From a virus: a DNA stretch of 64,000 nucleotides. Below are positions 36,701 through 47,136 of this stretch, piece by piece. A model generated the notes under the pieces. It ran no database searches, was not told the origin of the DNA, and worked only from the letters and a program-made list of their open reading frames with translations. The translations under genes were made by a program, and so were the position numbers. Position 1 is the first letter of the stretch; every line of letters starts with the position of its first letter. Where the stretch lies: positions 1 through 64,000 of IMG/VR virus record IMGVR_UViG_3300042691_016420; one strand, written 5' to 3'.

Positions 36701-39700
36701 TTCTAGTTCCTTAAGCAAGGAATCTTTTTCAGCATAAAACTTATCTTTCTCAGCAGGAGAAGCTTCTTTAATATTAGCATTTGCACTCCTTAAATCTGAG
36801 AGTTGTTTACTAAATGAGTATTTACCTTTTCTTAAGTTTACTATTTGAGCAGAGATTCTTTCCCTCTCCTCAACATTTAAGTTAGAGGCTATCTCCTTAA
36901 CTATTTTATTAGTGCCAATAGATTTCTCAAAAGAGTAAGGATCTTCACCAAATAATTTAAACTTCTTTTTACCATTCTCAACAGTATGGAATACACTAGG
37001 CTTATGGATATATAAACTATCCACGTCATAGTCAGCACCTGAGATTTTAGTAATTTCTGCAGGAGCTATAATTGTACTACCATAACTAGCAGGAAGTACA
37101 TCTACAATCTTAATAGCAATCATAGAGTGTTGAGCCTGTGTAGGAATCCTGTAACCTACTGCTGTAGATAACTTCTCAAACAAGGCAGGATCATCTTTCT
37201 TGAGAGCATTCCACTCAGAAATTTTGAATCCCATCTGATTGATGTATTCCTCAGAGACAATAACCTCAGCATAAGGCTTCTCCTCTGTAGGCCAAGCAAG
37301 TCTTCTGGTAGAACACTTTTGCTTTTCTTCCTTAGAAAGCTCATTATACTCATAAGTACTAATAGGCTCATTGTTATACATTATAACTCCCTTAGTTAAG
37401 GAAGTTAAGAGAGTACACTTATTACCAGGAACTTTATGAGAAGCAATGTTGTTGTTATAGTAAGACATAACATACTGCTCAAACTTGTTCTTAATCATAG
37501 GCATATTAGGAGATACTTTCATAGTTCCTGTAATAGGATCTGTCTCAAAGAACTCCATTATTCTATCACTAAGAGCAGAACTTTGCATAGCAGCTTTAAC
37601 ATACTCCATGAAAGGATCATGTGTAACTCCATCAACAGTTGCTACTAACTCCTTACCAAAGAACTCATAACCATACTGCTTAATCTCAGAAACTAAGACA
37701 TCCATTTCTCTGGTAATATCCTTAGATAAATTTCCAGAGAAGTAAGCATCAATAAGTTGTAGTAACTGAGTACCATCTTTAATTTTCTCTTTACCAGATG
37801 GGTTTTCTTGCTGAAGTCTGTAATCCTTATAATCAAAGGATAAAGTCTTTCCTGCAAAACTCTCAGCAGTTACATCTACTATACTATTAACATTCTTCTT
37901 AATTGCAGACTCTGCAAAGATAGCTTGTGGACCATCTGGTTGCTGCATCTCATTAAGCATCTTCCAGCTATCAACAGAGGAAGGTAGAGGGAGGTAATAT
38001 TTACCATTAACCTCATCCTTTACTGCAGTATAAGATTTATCATTGATGGTAATAGTATCTCCTTTTTCTGCAAGCTGTGAGGTAGCATATCTTGTAAGAG
38101 TTGCTACAGCAGTCTTAATGTAATACTCTTCTCCATAACCAACAGTCTTATCAATCTTAAGAAGAGCATCATCATCCTGATGAGCATCTATATAATCTCT
38201 ATCATCCTCCAAGTAAGCTTTGAGTAAAAGATAGTTCTCATACTTTCTATCACTAACCCCACTGGTAGATTTATCTGTTGGAGATATTACTCCTTGTCTA
38301 ATATATCTATTAATTCTCTCAGAGATACTCTCAAATCCAGCAGCATCTGTAGAGTTAGCTCCCTCAATATCAATATCCTTAATTACACCAAACTTAAAGG
38401 TTCCTTCTCCATGATTAGGACCAGAAGCAAGTAGACCTGCACCCCTCTTAGTAATATCTACATACCCCTTAAATTGTGCAAGATTAGGACTAACCTGTGA
38501 TAGAATTCTACTCCTATTCATATACTGATTAATCAGGAAGTTTCTAAGGAACTTATCTGCCTCTACTTGTTTAAGATCTTTATTGTTAGTAATTTCCTTT
38601 AAAAACTTCATCTTATCAAGATTAAAATCCTTAAAGTACTCATTCATATTCTCAGTTTGCTTTGAGAGCATTCTCTCAAAATCTTCTTCAGTAATAGGAT
38701 TCTGAGATATAGTCTTCTCATTAGCATATGGAAGATTAGTATACTGGAAACCTCTTGGAAGTTGATCTCTTGTAATATCATCTTTTCTAAATCTCTCAAC
38801 AAGTGAGAGAGTATATTCTTTTGGAGATAATTTTTCCTCAGGATCTTCAACAGTATGATACCCATCAATTAATTGAGATTCTGCAGCTTTCTTAAGAGTT
38901 TCAAATGTCTCATCAATTCTAACAGCCTGTCTATCTACCTCAGCATTTAAGTACTTAAGAGTATCCTCTATAGGGTTAGCTGCATAATTATATCCTTGGA
39001 AAATAAAGTTAGTACTCTTACTCTCAAACTGTTGAATGAAGAAGTATGGAGTAAATTCTTTAGTACCATCACTCTTAGTATAAGAGTTATTGTATATATT
39101 AAAGGTTGTATATAGTAAACTTCTAGGATCTAATTTAGAGTAAGTATAAGCATTATCTCCAAACTCAGAACCTGAGAATGTACCAAACCTTAAGTTTGGA
39201 GGATTACCTTTATCCTCTGCCTTCTTCTTCTCACTTCTAGTATCTAACTCTGGAAGATAAATCTTAGAAAGTTTTTCTAGTAAGAATGAGTTACTGATAA
39301 TAGAGTACTGAGTTTTATCTTCAGCATTCTTATAATTAAGTTCTCCTATATCCAGTCTCTTAGTAAGATTTATAGCAGCAAGTTCCTCAAGTACAGATCT
39401 AGTCTTTTCTGTAGAGAAAACTTTATTAAAGTCTTTATCCTCAAGACTGCCCTTAATAATCTTATAAAGTTTATCAAAGACAGGTTGAGCTTCAGGATCT
39501 GTATAAACATCATCTTGGATAGTAATACCAAGAGCTTTACCCATATCTCTATTCTCCTTAATACTCTGATCAATTTGTTTACCAAACCCCTCATTTTTCC
39601 AGAGGTCCATTTGGTTTTTAACATGATCTTTCTTATTAACTTGAATTACCTTAGCCCCCTTAGTTCTTGTATTAAGGGTGTCAACCATTTGGAAGGATAA

Positions 39701-42700
39701 AGTAAATCTCTTATCAAATGCTGTATTAAAGATATTTTTAAAAGTCTCATTAGTAGTGTACATATTATACACTTGCTCCATAGACTTGGCAAAGTGAGAT
39801 TTATCTACACTCTCACTCTCAACTCTAGCAAGCTTAGCTAAGATAGCCTCATAGTTCTCAGGATCCTGATTACTCAAGGTAAAGAGCAAGTTGTTAATAA
39901 TACCTCTCTCATCTAAGAATACTGGTCTATCTAAATCAAAGTAGTATAGTCCAGATATCATATTAGCCAAATCTCTTGTAGAAGTTTCAGTAATTGGATT
40001 TCTAGATTGCACACTCTCATTGTGCATAGTATCCTTCTCATTCTCAGGATCTACTTCCTCATAAGTTTCCTTAAAGTTTCCTACTCTAATTACTTCCTCA
40101 GTAATCATCTTAATGTTTGAGGTAGCAAATATTGCAGGGAATACTAAGCCATTCTCTTTTACAAAAGTTCTCTCTATAAGAGATCTAAAGTTATTATATT
40201 GTTCTTGAGCTATAACTTTATTTTCATCAGTAGTTAAAGGGCTCTCAAGAATTTCTTTTAATCTTCTGGCCTCAACTATAGCTCCCTGATTAGCATACTT
40301 TCTAAGTATATTAATGTAATATCTTACAAAACCTTGTAGAGTGTTTCCTGCATCTTTAAGTTCTTGGAAATTTTCTAAGAGTACAGGATTATGCCTATCA
40401 GCATACATATGGATAAGTTCCTTAACAAGCTGTGTAGATTCTGATTCTGTCCTACTTCCAGGAATAACTTTATACTTAGCATCTACAACCTTAGGTTGAG
40501 TACCAACAATAGTCTTCTTCTTAAATTTGCCCTTAGTAGCATCTCTAAAGAAAGCCTCAAAAGAAGGCTCTTCTACAATACCACCCATAAGATTTACAAG
40601 TCTTTTAGCTTTAGTAAAGAACCCTTCAAGTATTACAGGCTTCTTACCCTCTACCATGAACTCTTGGAAGTGATCTGCAATCTTCTCCTCAAGGATAGTT
40701 TTTACAATCCAATCCTTACCTACAGTCTTTAAGAAGTTAGCATGACCCCTATCCTCATAAATCTTAATGAGTTCCATAAACTCCTCATTAGTAACACCCC
40801 ACTTATTACCAGCAATTCTAAGCAATCTATCCTGCTCAGCTTGTGGAAGTAAGGAAAAAATACCATGGAAAGCTTCATGCCACTGAGTACCCTTAGGAAC
40901 AAATCTATTTAAGTAGATAATACCATCTCTGAATTCTCCATAGTTTTGAGTATTACCTTCCTTATAAAACTCTACCTTAATTCCTGTAAAATTCTCAATC
41001 TCTCTAGCAACCTCATCTGAGATTTCTTCTAGATTAGAGTTATCCATTATAGGTTTAAAAGTAGGCTTCTTAGTAGTAGGATCTGCAAGACCGTCTGGAA
41101 TATCAAAATCATCTAAAGAAGGATCTACATCTGGTATATTATCCCCAAGTCCAAAATCAGAAAGAGTAGCATTGCTTGTACTACCAAACATTGCTAACTC
41201 ATCAATAGCTGCTTTATTCTCATTATAGAACTTTAACTCTTCTCCAGTTAAACCATAACTTGTATCTAAAGGGTGTGATTTAGAGTTAAGTATTTTATTA
41301 AGTATATATTCTTCTTTTTGAGTTCTATTTAAGGAAGCAAAGTTAGATGCAGGAGCAACTTGTTTTAATTCTTTAAGAGCTCTGTAGTTAATGATGTTTT
41401 CATATTCACCTATAGTATTTGCACCAGAATCTTCAAAAGATAATAAGCTATGTTGAAACTCATGCTCAATTACAAAATTTTCCCATTCCTCATATGTTTT
41501 AAAGGAGTCTTCAGGAAGAGCTTGAGCATAATATCCATCTTTTTGTTTACGAGGTTTAGTCCAAGCTTTCTCATCAAATTTCTTCTTAAGAAGTTCTCTA
41601 TTTATTAGTATCTTATTCTCAGCACGATTATACTGAGCAGCACCAGGTTCTCCTGTAGCTGTTGTAATAGAGGAACTATCAATAATTTGAATACCCTTAT
41701 AAGTTTTAGAAGGTGTTTCTACAGGAGCAGCAGTTTTCTTGCTAGGAGTTAATTGGTTAGCAGGAAAAAGTCTATCTTGATTTTTAGATTTTACAATATT
41801 TCCATTAGCATCTGCTAAGGTATAAAATGGAATTCCTCCAGGAACTACTTTAGCAATAGTATGTGGAGCACCATTCCAAATAACAGGATCTCCTACATTA
41901 TATACATTCTCAGAGTTAGCTGGAAATTCTTGCTCACCGGCAGTATATTTCTCAGAAACTTGATTGGTATTCTCATCTAAGAAATCTCTATGCTCAAATC
42001 TAAAGTATGTTTTCCATATAGCAGGACTAACATTAGTTACAAGATAATCCTTTAAGAAATCTTCATCTTGTGCTTCCTCAGAAGCTTTATATATTCTTCT
42101 CTTAGCAAGAGAAGAGATAGCATTCTCTGGTGAAGTAAATGTTCCAAAAGCAGTCTTTAAATCAAATGTAACTCCAATAGGTTTACCATCTAATCCAAGT
42201 TTAGGAGCTGCAATTACTGCAATCTTATTAGTCTTAGTATGATAGAATCTAATGTGGATAGGAATATCTTCTTGTCCTACTTTAACAGTTTTATTAGTAG
42301 CAAGGAAAATATTTTTATTTAAGGTATTAACTAACTCTGCAACTTCAGTTCTATCAAAAGCTTTAGGGTCAGCATTAATTTTAGTTACCTGCTCAATATA
42401 CTTTTGTTTCTCAGATGTAGGTAAATCTGCCCCCTTTAATCCAATAAATTGATAATTATTACTATCAGGTCTCTTAACAAGGATAGCATACTGTGTACCA
42501 AGAGATGCAGCTACATTAGGTTTACTTAAAGCTTCTTGTATTAAATCAATATTTGCTCTATTATTAACACTATCAATAGCAGCATAATTACCATTATCAT
42601 TCTGTACAATAACATACTCTCCATTAATTTGCCATCTCTTGGAGTAAGGAGAATTCATAATCTCTGCAAGAGATACTGGTGCATCTCCAGAGATAATTTC

Positions 42701-45427
42701 TGAACGTAACTTAAGATGTTTAGTAATATCAGTATCTCCCTTTCTATCAATAAGTTTTCTCCAACCATTAATAACATCCATGAAAACATTCCTACCTTCT
42801 TTATTAGGAATTTGTTTTCTTTGACCTTGCTCAGTTTGAGAATATGAATCTATAAACTTATCAATAGTTCCATGATTAACTTTAGATTGCTTACTGTCAT
42901 TTCCAGGTTTAGTATTCCTGTTTAAGAAGTAACCTATATGAGTTTCTTTACCTCCAGTTTTCTCTATAGCATAGAGATTTTTCTGTCCCCTCTCATCTCT
43001 TACTACAAACCTATGAGTTTCCCCAATCCTTTTCATATTGTCAATGAGAGCATCAACAACTTCTCTGGATTTATCAGCATTAGCTTTCTCTAAGGGAGTA
43101 GTTTCTTTACCCTTCTCAACTTTATAATCAAAGAGATCTCTATTAAGCTTAGGTTGAAAATCAGTCCAGTTACCATACTCAGAGTTAGGGTCTGTTGGAT
43201 CATATACAAAAGATTGTCCTCTAAAGTTTCCTGCAGCAGGTCTATCTAATGCATCTCTACCTAGAGATACTTTCTCAGGGTCTGGATCTTGAAATTCTTC
43301 ATCATAATGTTCAGTCTTCTCAATACCTATAGCACCGGCATCTCTCTCATCTGGATCAAAGATTACAGGACCTTGTGGAGTAGCACCTCTTACAGTACCA
43401 TCAGGAAGTTCTCCTTCTACTACTACTTTCTTACCATCAACAATAACTACACTACCTTTCTCAGTAGGATTATTAGTTGGGTTAGTTTCTGCCTTAACTT
43501 CTGGTTTCTCCTTATCAGCCTTCTCTACTTCCTTCTCAGCTTTCTCATTCTTCTTCTTATCCTCAAGTTTTTCTTGAGTGGCAGCTATAGAAGTAAGTGC
43601 TCTTAATTTCTCATTAGCTTTTTCTCTATCCTTAATAAGAAACCCTAAATCACTCATTAGAATTTCCCTCTCAAGAGGATTCTCCTCAGCAGCTAACTTA
43701 GTTTGTAATTCTCTTATTCTTTTATCATAAGTAGCGGCATCAGATACTGTCTTAATAATTTCCGCCCTAAATGGATTCTTTCCATAAACAGCATCTGTCT
43801 TATCAGTAATATCCTGAATTCTTTTAGCAGAATCTATTAGCTCCTGTACAGTCTTATCTTTCTTAACTCTATTATAAGATGTAGCAAATAACTCATTAAA
43901 GGTTCCCTCATCCATTCTCTTAAAATCATCAAGATCATCCATAAGATCTCCAAATCTTCCAGACTGTATTCTACTATTTACATAGTTATAGAAAGCCTCA
44001 TCCTGTGCACTTCTAAAGAGATACTTGGAAGAAGATTCTGCAACCCTCTCACTCAAGTCCCCCTTATTAGTTTGAATGGCATCATTAGTATGCTGAATGA
44101 TGGGGGCAATAGATTCTTTAGCCATATACTTATTAAGCAACTCTATACCCATCTTATTGAGTTTACCTTGCTCAATACCACTAGCTACTGAAGATGGCCC
44201 ACCTAGCATAGCACCAATTACCATACTTTCCTGACCTTCCTTACTACCAAAAGTTTCTTCTAAACCTTTAATGGTAGCTTGTATATAATCTCCAAATCCT
44301 CTTTGAGAAGATTGTAATTCTCTATCTGTTAAAGTTTTCTCAGTAAGAAACTGTCCAGCTTCCTGGAATGATTCTGCAAAAGCATTACCTCCATAATTCT
44401 TAACTAAGGATATACCTTTACTAATTCCAGTAAGAGGTTTATACATTCCTGTAGCAGTATCTCTTGTAGCATCAATAGCTCTTCTAGTTTCCTTATAACC
44501 TTTAAAGAATCTGCTATATCCAATACCGTCAATATTTAAGAGAGCCATGTTAATACCAAAAGCAGTATTAGCATACTTATTAGCTTCTTTCTCCCACTCA
44601 AGTTTAGTAACCTCATCAGCTACAGCATTTTCACCATACTGTAACTTAAAGTCTTTCTCCATGTTAGCAATATATTCTTCCCTAACACCTCTGGCTTCTA
44701 CACCAGCCTCATACATATTACTAACTGCTCTCTGAGTTTGAAATTGAGCAGCATTTTTAAATTTAGTACTAGTAAGAACACTCTTTACTTTATTAGCAAA
44801 GTTAGCATCCTTACCTACCTCAGCAGCAAGACCTGCCAGTTGTTCAGCCTCAGTAGCTGCAGTTACAGCTTTAGAGAGTCTTGTTGCAGTTAAGGCAGTT
44901 CTACCAAGTGCTCCTAAACCTTTTAAGAAAAGTCCTGTACCCATACCTCCAAGCATTGCACCTGCTACAAATCCTCCCCCTTCACCTAAGGCATTGCCCC
45001 AGAAACCTGCACTACCTAATACAGTACCAATATCAGAAGAGAAAAACTTAGCTTTTTTCTCAGACTCAGTATCATAGAATGGAGTACTGCTAACTAAAGC
45101 CTCATCTGCTTTCTTAAATATTTTACTTAAGTCATTCTCATATAAACTTGAGAAACTTCTATTCTTAATAGCAGCAATACTACCATAGCTAAGCATGCCA
45201 AAAGTTTCTGCTGCAGATAATGTTGCTCTACCAAGAAACCTACCTAGGATATTACCAGTAACATCCATCATTCCTTGCTCTTGAGCAAGTACATTCTCAA
45301 CAGATTCACCAGGAGCTATTGGTCTCTCATATTGAGAACCCTCAAATCCTGTGTAAACTCCTGTTGGTGTATGTGGTACTACTGGAAATCCTCCAGAGCT
45401 AAAAGTAGGTGATATTTTTTTTGCCAT
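33716..45427 (-). CDS. Giant virion-packaged RNA polymerase polyprotein with zincin domains
   Basis: 3903 aa; YRIPTQ and GADYDVD (DxDxD, 37019-37033); HEFQH (41450-41464) and HEAFH (40865-40879); N-terminal Gly-rich hydrophobic segments. Confidence 0.85.
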   Translation of the reverse strand: MAKKISPTFSSGGFPVVPHTPTGVYTGFEGSQYERPIAPGESVENVLAQEQGMMDVTGNILGRFLGRATLSAAETFGMLSYGSIAAIKNRSFSSLYENDLSKIFKKADEALVSSTPFYDTESEKKAKFFSSDIGTVLGSAGFWGNALGEGGGFVAGAMLGGMGTGLFLKGLGALGRTALTATRLSKAVTAATEAEQLAGLAAEVGKDANFANKVKSVLTSTKFKNAAQFQTQRAVSNMYEAGVEARGVREEYIANMEKDFKLQYGENAVADEVTKLEWEKEANKYANTAFGINMALLNIDGIGYSRFFKGYKETRRAIDATRDTATGMYKPLTGISKGISLVKNYGGNAFAESFQEAGQFLTEKTLTDRELQSSQRGFGDYIQATIKGLEETFGSKEGQESMVIGAMLGGPSSVASGIEQGKLNKMGIELLNKYMAKESIAPIIQHTNDAIQTNKGDLSERVAESSSKYLFRSAQDEAFYNYVNSRIQSGRFGDLMDDLDDFKRMDEGTFNELFATSYNRVKKDKTVQELIDSAKRIQDITDKTDAVYGKNPFRAEIIKTVSDAATYDKRIRELQTKLAAEENPLEREILMSDLGFLIKDREKANEKLRALTSIAATQEKLEDKKKNEKAEKEVEKADKEKPEVKAETNPTNNPTEKGSVVIVDGKKVVVEGELPDGTVRGATPQGPVIFDPDERDAGAIGIEKTEHYDEEFQDPDPEKVSLGRDALDRPAAGNFRGQSFVYDPTDPNSEYGNWTDFQPKLNRDLFDYKVEKGKETTPLEKANADKSREVVDALIDNMKRIGETHRFVVRDERGQKNLYAIEKTGGKETHIGYFLNRNTKPGNDSKQSKVNHGTIDKFIDSYSQTEQGQRKQIPNKEGRNVFMDVINGWRKLIDRKGDTDITKHLKLRSEIISGDAPVSLAEIMNSPYSKRWQINGEYVIVQNDNGNYAAIDSVNNRANIDLIQEALSKPNVAASLGTQYAILVKRPDSNNYQFIGLKGADLPTSEKQKYIEQVTKINADPKAFDRTEVAELVNTLNKNIFLATNKTVKVGQEDIPIHIRFYHTKTNKIAVIAAPKLGLDGKPIGVTFDLKTAFGTFTSPENAISSLAKRRIYKASEEAQDEDFLKDYLVTNVSPAIWKTYFRFEHRDFLDENTNQVSEKYTAGEQEFPANSENVYNVGDPVIWNGAPHTIAKVVPGGIPFYTLADANGNIVKSKNQDRLFPANQLTPSKKTAAPVETPSKTYKGIQIIDSSSITTATGEPGAAQYNRAENKILINRELLKKKFDEKAWTKPRKQKDGYYAQALPEDSFKTYEEWENFVIEHEFQHSLLSFEDSGANTIGEYENIINYRALKELKQVAPASNFASLNRTQKEEYILNKILNSKSHPLDTSYGLTGEELKFYNENKAAIDELAMFGSTSNATLSDFGLGDNIPDVDPSLDDFDIPDGLADPTTKKPTFKPIMDNSNLEEISDEVAREIENFTGIKVEFYKEGNTQNYGEFRDGIIYLNRFVPKGTQWHEAFHGIFSLLPQAEQDRLLRIAGNKWGVTNEEFMELIKIYEDRGHANFLKTVGKDWIVKTILEEKIADHFQEFMVEGKKPVILEGFFTKAKRLVNLMGGIVEEPSFEAFFRDATKGKFKKKTIVGTQPKVVDAKYKVIPGSRTESESTQLVKELIHMYADRHNPVLLENFQELKDAGNTLQGFVRYYINILRKYANQGAIVEARRLKEILESPLTTDENKVIAQEQYNNFRSLIERTFVKENGLVFPAIFATSNIKMITEEVIRVGNFKETYEEVDPENEKDTMHNESVQSRNPITETSTRDLANMISGLYYFDLDRPVFLDERGIINNLLFTLSNQDPENYEAILAKLARVESESVDKSHFAKSMEQVYNMYTTNETFKNIFNTAFDKRFTLSFQMVDTLNTRTKGAKVIQVNKKDHVKNQMDLWKNEGFGKQIDQSIKENRDMGKALGITIQDDVYTDPEAQPVFDKLYKIIKGSLEDKDFNKVFSTEKTRSVLEELAAINLTKRLDIGELNYKNAEDKTQYSIISNSFLLEKLSKIYLPELDTRSEKKKAEDKGNPPNLRFGTFSGSEFGDNAYTYSKLDPRSLLYTTFNIYNNSYTKSDGTKEFTPYFFIQQFESKSTNFIFQGYNYAANPIEDTLKYLNAEVDRQAVRIDETFETLKKAAESQLIDGYHTVEDPEEKLSPKEYTLSLVERFRKDDITRDQLPRGFQYTNLPYANEKTISQNPITEEDFERMLSKQTENMNEYFKDFNLDKMKFLKEITNNKDLKQVEADKFLRNFLINQYMNRSRILSQVSPNLAQFKGYVDITKRGAGLLASGPNHGEGTFKFGVIKDIDIEGANSTDAAGFESISERINRYIRQGVISPTDKSTSGVSDRKYENYLLLKAYLEDDRDYIDAHQDDDALLKIDKTVGYGEEYYIKTAVATLTRYATSQLAEKGDTITINDKSYTAVKDEVNGKYYLPLPSSVDSWKMLNEMQQPDGPQAIFAESAIKKNVNSIVDVTAESFAGKTLSFDYKDYRLQQENPSGKEKIKDGTQLLQLIDAYFSGNLSKDITREMDVLVSEIKQYGYEFFGKELVATVDGVTHDPFMEYVKAAMQSSALSDRIMEFFETDPITGTMKVSPNMPMIKNKFEQYVMSYYNNNIASHKVPGNKCTLLTSLTKGVIMYNNEPISTYEYNELSKEEKQKCSTRRLAWPTEEKPYAEVIVSEEYINQMGFKISEWNALKKDDPALFEKLSTAVGYRIPTQAQHSMIAIKIVDVLPASYGSTIIAPAEITKISGADYDVDSLYIHKPSVFHTVENGKKKFKLFGEDPYSFEKSIGTNKIVKEIASNLNVEERERISAQIVNLRKGKYSFSKQLSDLRSANANIKEASPAEKDKFYAEKDSLLKELEAINNDIQYQKDLLEEVNRRSTTEAITLIRDKDNPDRRAILTGYLKDYKNPDGSKTVNSIIPESNFNRLLELRMQLLTSPEGVRLINTPAKDFMKEIYSGDKKENKPAYFLEAGYPNSKKEAQKYVVYSGQDTMLNEYRKISTGSKAIGGAANINKVAAFLQKNGVSLNSGLVARLKSLYANLEYDTSSELEQDFDFIMQDGKIGFITKTENVLKFNTLSNMVSITVDNAKDQTLVLFNITDSNISEISTMAMLGMGINRISGILQTPAARKIASLLSVPSKSIYEYQEFRDNPKVIEEFMQSLAAKGAEEITLTDADLVDSISTWDDNKRIENLMGEKDFSNLSDEDKHRMNVQYTVASLYNEVSKITKDAYQINTLLNFNKNIGKEGFEIDKLLSAYENIAYEETDSDGNTIKTFSFNSSNITSNVFIEGVNDISTKLSNKIGNKLISYHKNTSSLTSSILRSTDKEGNDYLSKKFQASLNKEFIDFLGINIFFSKHKERNVLGGIDLYSDDIVTGKALTEAYEKVKNRLGAFTIGKMFEEKPQTPKYPFKRIGIDTFENLSPAQEQSIVDSFDMMVYSEDADIKNFAYQVLAHIAVHDNYRYLQGSVVSKIRAEYFGTYNSMYTEYVEPIIRELKESDLSIEELRDIQYLKQRGINVPEPKTVRQKLVYHTNYDNYTSLIGNFAKYFFSDNRNARHIKDLENSKFLYKPQEQDFVELTPFASDKDTYVVEVDPSVNPYEIISPLVFSTVINDKKAIFVKEVYESKVESLTENKIPVNRIVYKRLKVINNGYLPSAMMRQYPYNVFKEKAENAIKTLPKEESRGFTGASYSDILPEEPEYRQGAYNNIPERYDPYGEFGDFNDAPYSGVENEKEDNAVSNPPVQLNEPPVVSAEETFNNPEADADALIKAQEARKQAEEDEELKAIAKDMEKKFGKFKPIVETNLENDVINEISSNFEQYKDLLGNIGINSVEELMDLSPERKSTLIMDICKG

Positions 45428-45438
45428 AAGTTTTATTT

Positions 45439-47133
45439 CTATTTACCACTTATATCATCTCCGCAAACCTGGTATTGTCCATTGGAGAGACGAGTTAAGT
45501 AAACTTTCATTTTTGCTACTCTCTTATTACCCAACTCTGGATAATTCAGAGGATCAGGTTCAAAGTTATGAATAATTGCAGTCTTACCAAGATTTTCTAC
45601 CTCATATAATGATTGAGCTTGTTCATCTCTTGGATTTAAGGTACCAAGTGTTGCTACATAAGGTTTACCATTAAGATTAACAGTATAACTTTGTAAAGGT
45701 AATCCTGAGTTTTTATCTCTACCATAAGGAGAGGCTGTTAGTTTAGCACCAACAATAAGCTTAGGATCATCTTTACTAGCACCAATTACATTAGCCATTG
45801 CTACAGGTTCTTTAGGATCTTTAGGATCTAAGCTATATAACATAACACTAGTAGGGTTACCTAACATAGCATTAATAATATTAACCCTTTGGTCCTTATC
45901 ATCTATAGTAGTTCCATAGATAGGAGTACCTTCTTTTTGTTCTTGTATATAAGCAATAGTATCTTTAAGAGCTAACTCTTTTGCATTAGGACTTCTTCTT
46001 CTAGCATGCAAGAAGTTCTCATACACATCAGCATGCTTCTCTCTAATTAACCTCTCAACTTGAGAAATTGAACGAGAAATTTTTTCTTCTTTAGAGGCAA
46101 GTCCTGATTGTTTTCCAACATTAGAGTATCTACTAAAATCTCCTCCAGTTCCCATAATACTAGGTCCACCTAAAATCATAGGATTTTCTTGAGCAGGTTT
46201 AATATTACCCTTATCATCAATATACTGCTTAAGCTCTTCTTTAGTTTCTCTAAAATCTGTTTTAGGAATTGTACTAAGTGGTACTGCTAATTGTGCAGCA
46301 GCCTCTTCAGCAGCTCTCTTCTCATCAAAGTATCTAGCAGTAGAAGCATCAAATTTATCCTCAGAAACAGTTTCTCTCTTCTGATTGTAGGCAGCAAAAG
46401 TATTTATGAATTTCTGTATACCCTTAGAATCTAATCCTAGCTCTGTAGACATTTCTCCAATAGCATCAGGATTCATAGCTAGTGCAGTATTAATGCCACC
46501 TAGAATTGCATCCTTAGATTTAATGGAAATCTTTCTTCTTGATACTTTACCATTACTAAGAGCAACTGTAACATCCTGGCTTTGCTCAGGAGTATTCTTA
46601 GCAACATCCTCAAATATTTTATTATAATCTACTCTAGGTTTAAGACCTATAAAGTTATATCTCTGAAGAGCTCCTGTAGCAGGATCTACACCATTAAAGT
46701 TTAAATTATATCTATCTTGATAGGTAGAGTATTTACCATCAGCCATAAGTTTAGCAGCAGTTTCTCTACCCTTAATCCATTCTTGTGCAGAACTATTAAT
46801 TAAGTTTATATTAGGATCAGATACAAAACCATCAACAATATCTTGCAGTTTTCTCTTATACTCAGCAGAACCTTTATCAGGCATACTGTTATGTAATTTC
46901 ATAGCTTGAGATAAGTAATCTTGTTTCTTTTTCTCAAGATATTCACTGTGCCCTTTAATAGGAGTAGAGAGTGCAGAAACACTTCTCTTAGCTTCTCTCT
47001 CCATAGCATCAGCAGCATCATACCTTTTCTGCTTTTCCTGCATAGCAGCATACATCTCCTCAAAAGGTAGAGGTACATAAGTATTTCTACTTTCCCTTAT
47101 AGGGACATTAACTGAGTATGCGTTTATAGCCAT
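45439..47133 (-). CDS. Cargo/ejection protein
   Basis: YVPLPFEEM N-terminus; directly upstream of vRNAP. Confidence 0.55.
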   Translation of the reverse strand: MAINAYSVNVPIRESRNTYVPLPFEEMYAAMQEKQKRYDAADAMEREAKRSVSALSTPIKGHSEYLEKKKQDYLSQAMKLHNSMPDKGSAEYKRKLQDIVDGFVSDPNINLINSSAQEWIKGRETAAKLMADGKYSTYQDRYNLNFNGVDPATGALQRYNFIGLKPRVDYNKIFEDVAKNTPEQSQDVTVALSNGKVSRRKISIKSKDAILGGINTALAMNPDAIGEMSTELGLDSKGIQKFINTFAAYNQKRETVSEDKFDASTARYFDEKRAAEEAAAQLAVPLSTIPKTDFRETKEELKQYIDDKGNIKPAQENPMILGGPSIMGTGGDFSRYSNVGKQSGLASKEEKISRSISQVERLIREKHADVYENFLHARRRSPNAKELALKDTIAYIQEQKEGTPIYGTTIDDKDQRVNIINAMLGNPTSVMLYSLDPKDPKEPVAMANVIGASKDDPKLIVGAKLTASPYGRDKNSGLPLQSYTVNLNGKPYVATLGTLNPRDEQAQSLYEVENLGKTAIIHNFEPDPLNYPELGNKRVAKMKVYLTRLSNGQYQVCGDDISGK

Positions 47134-47136
47134 GTT

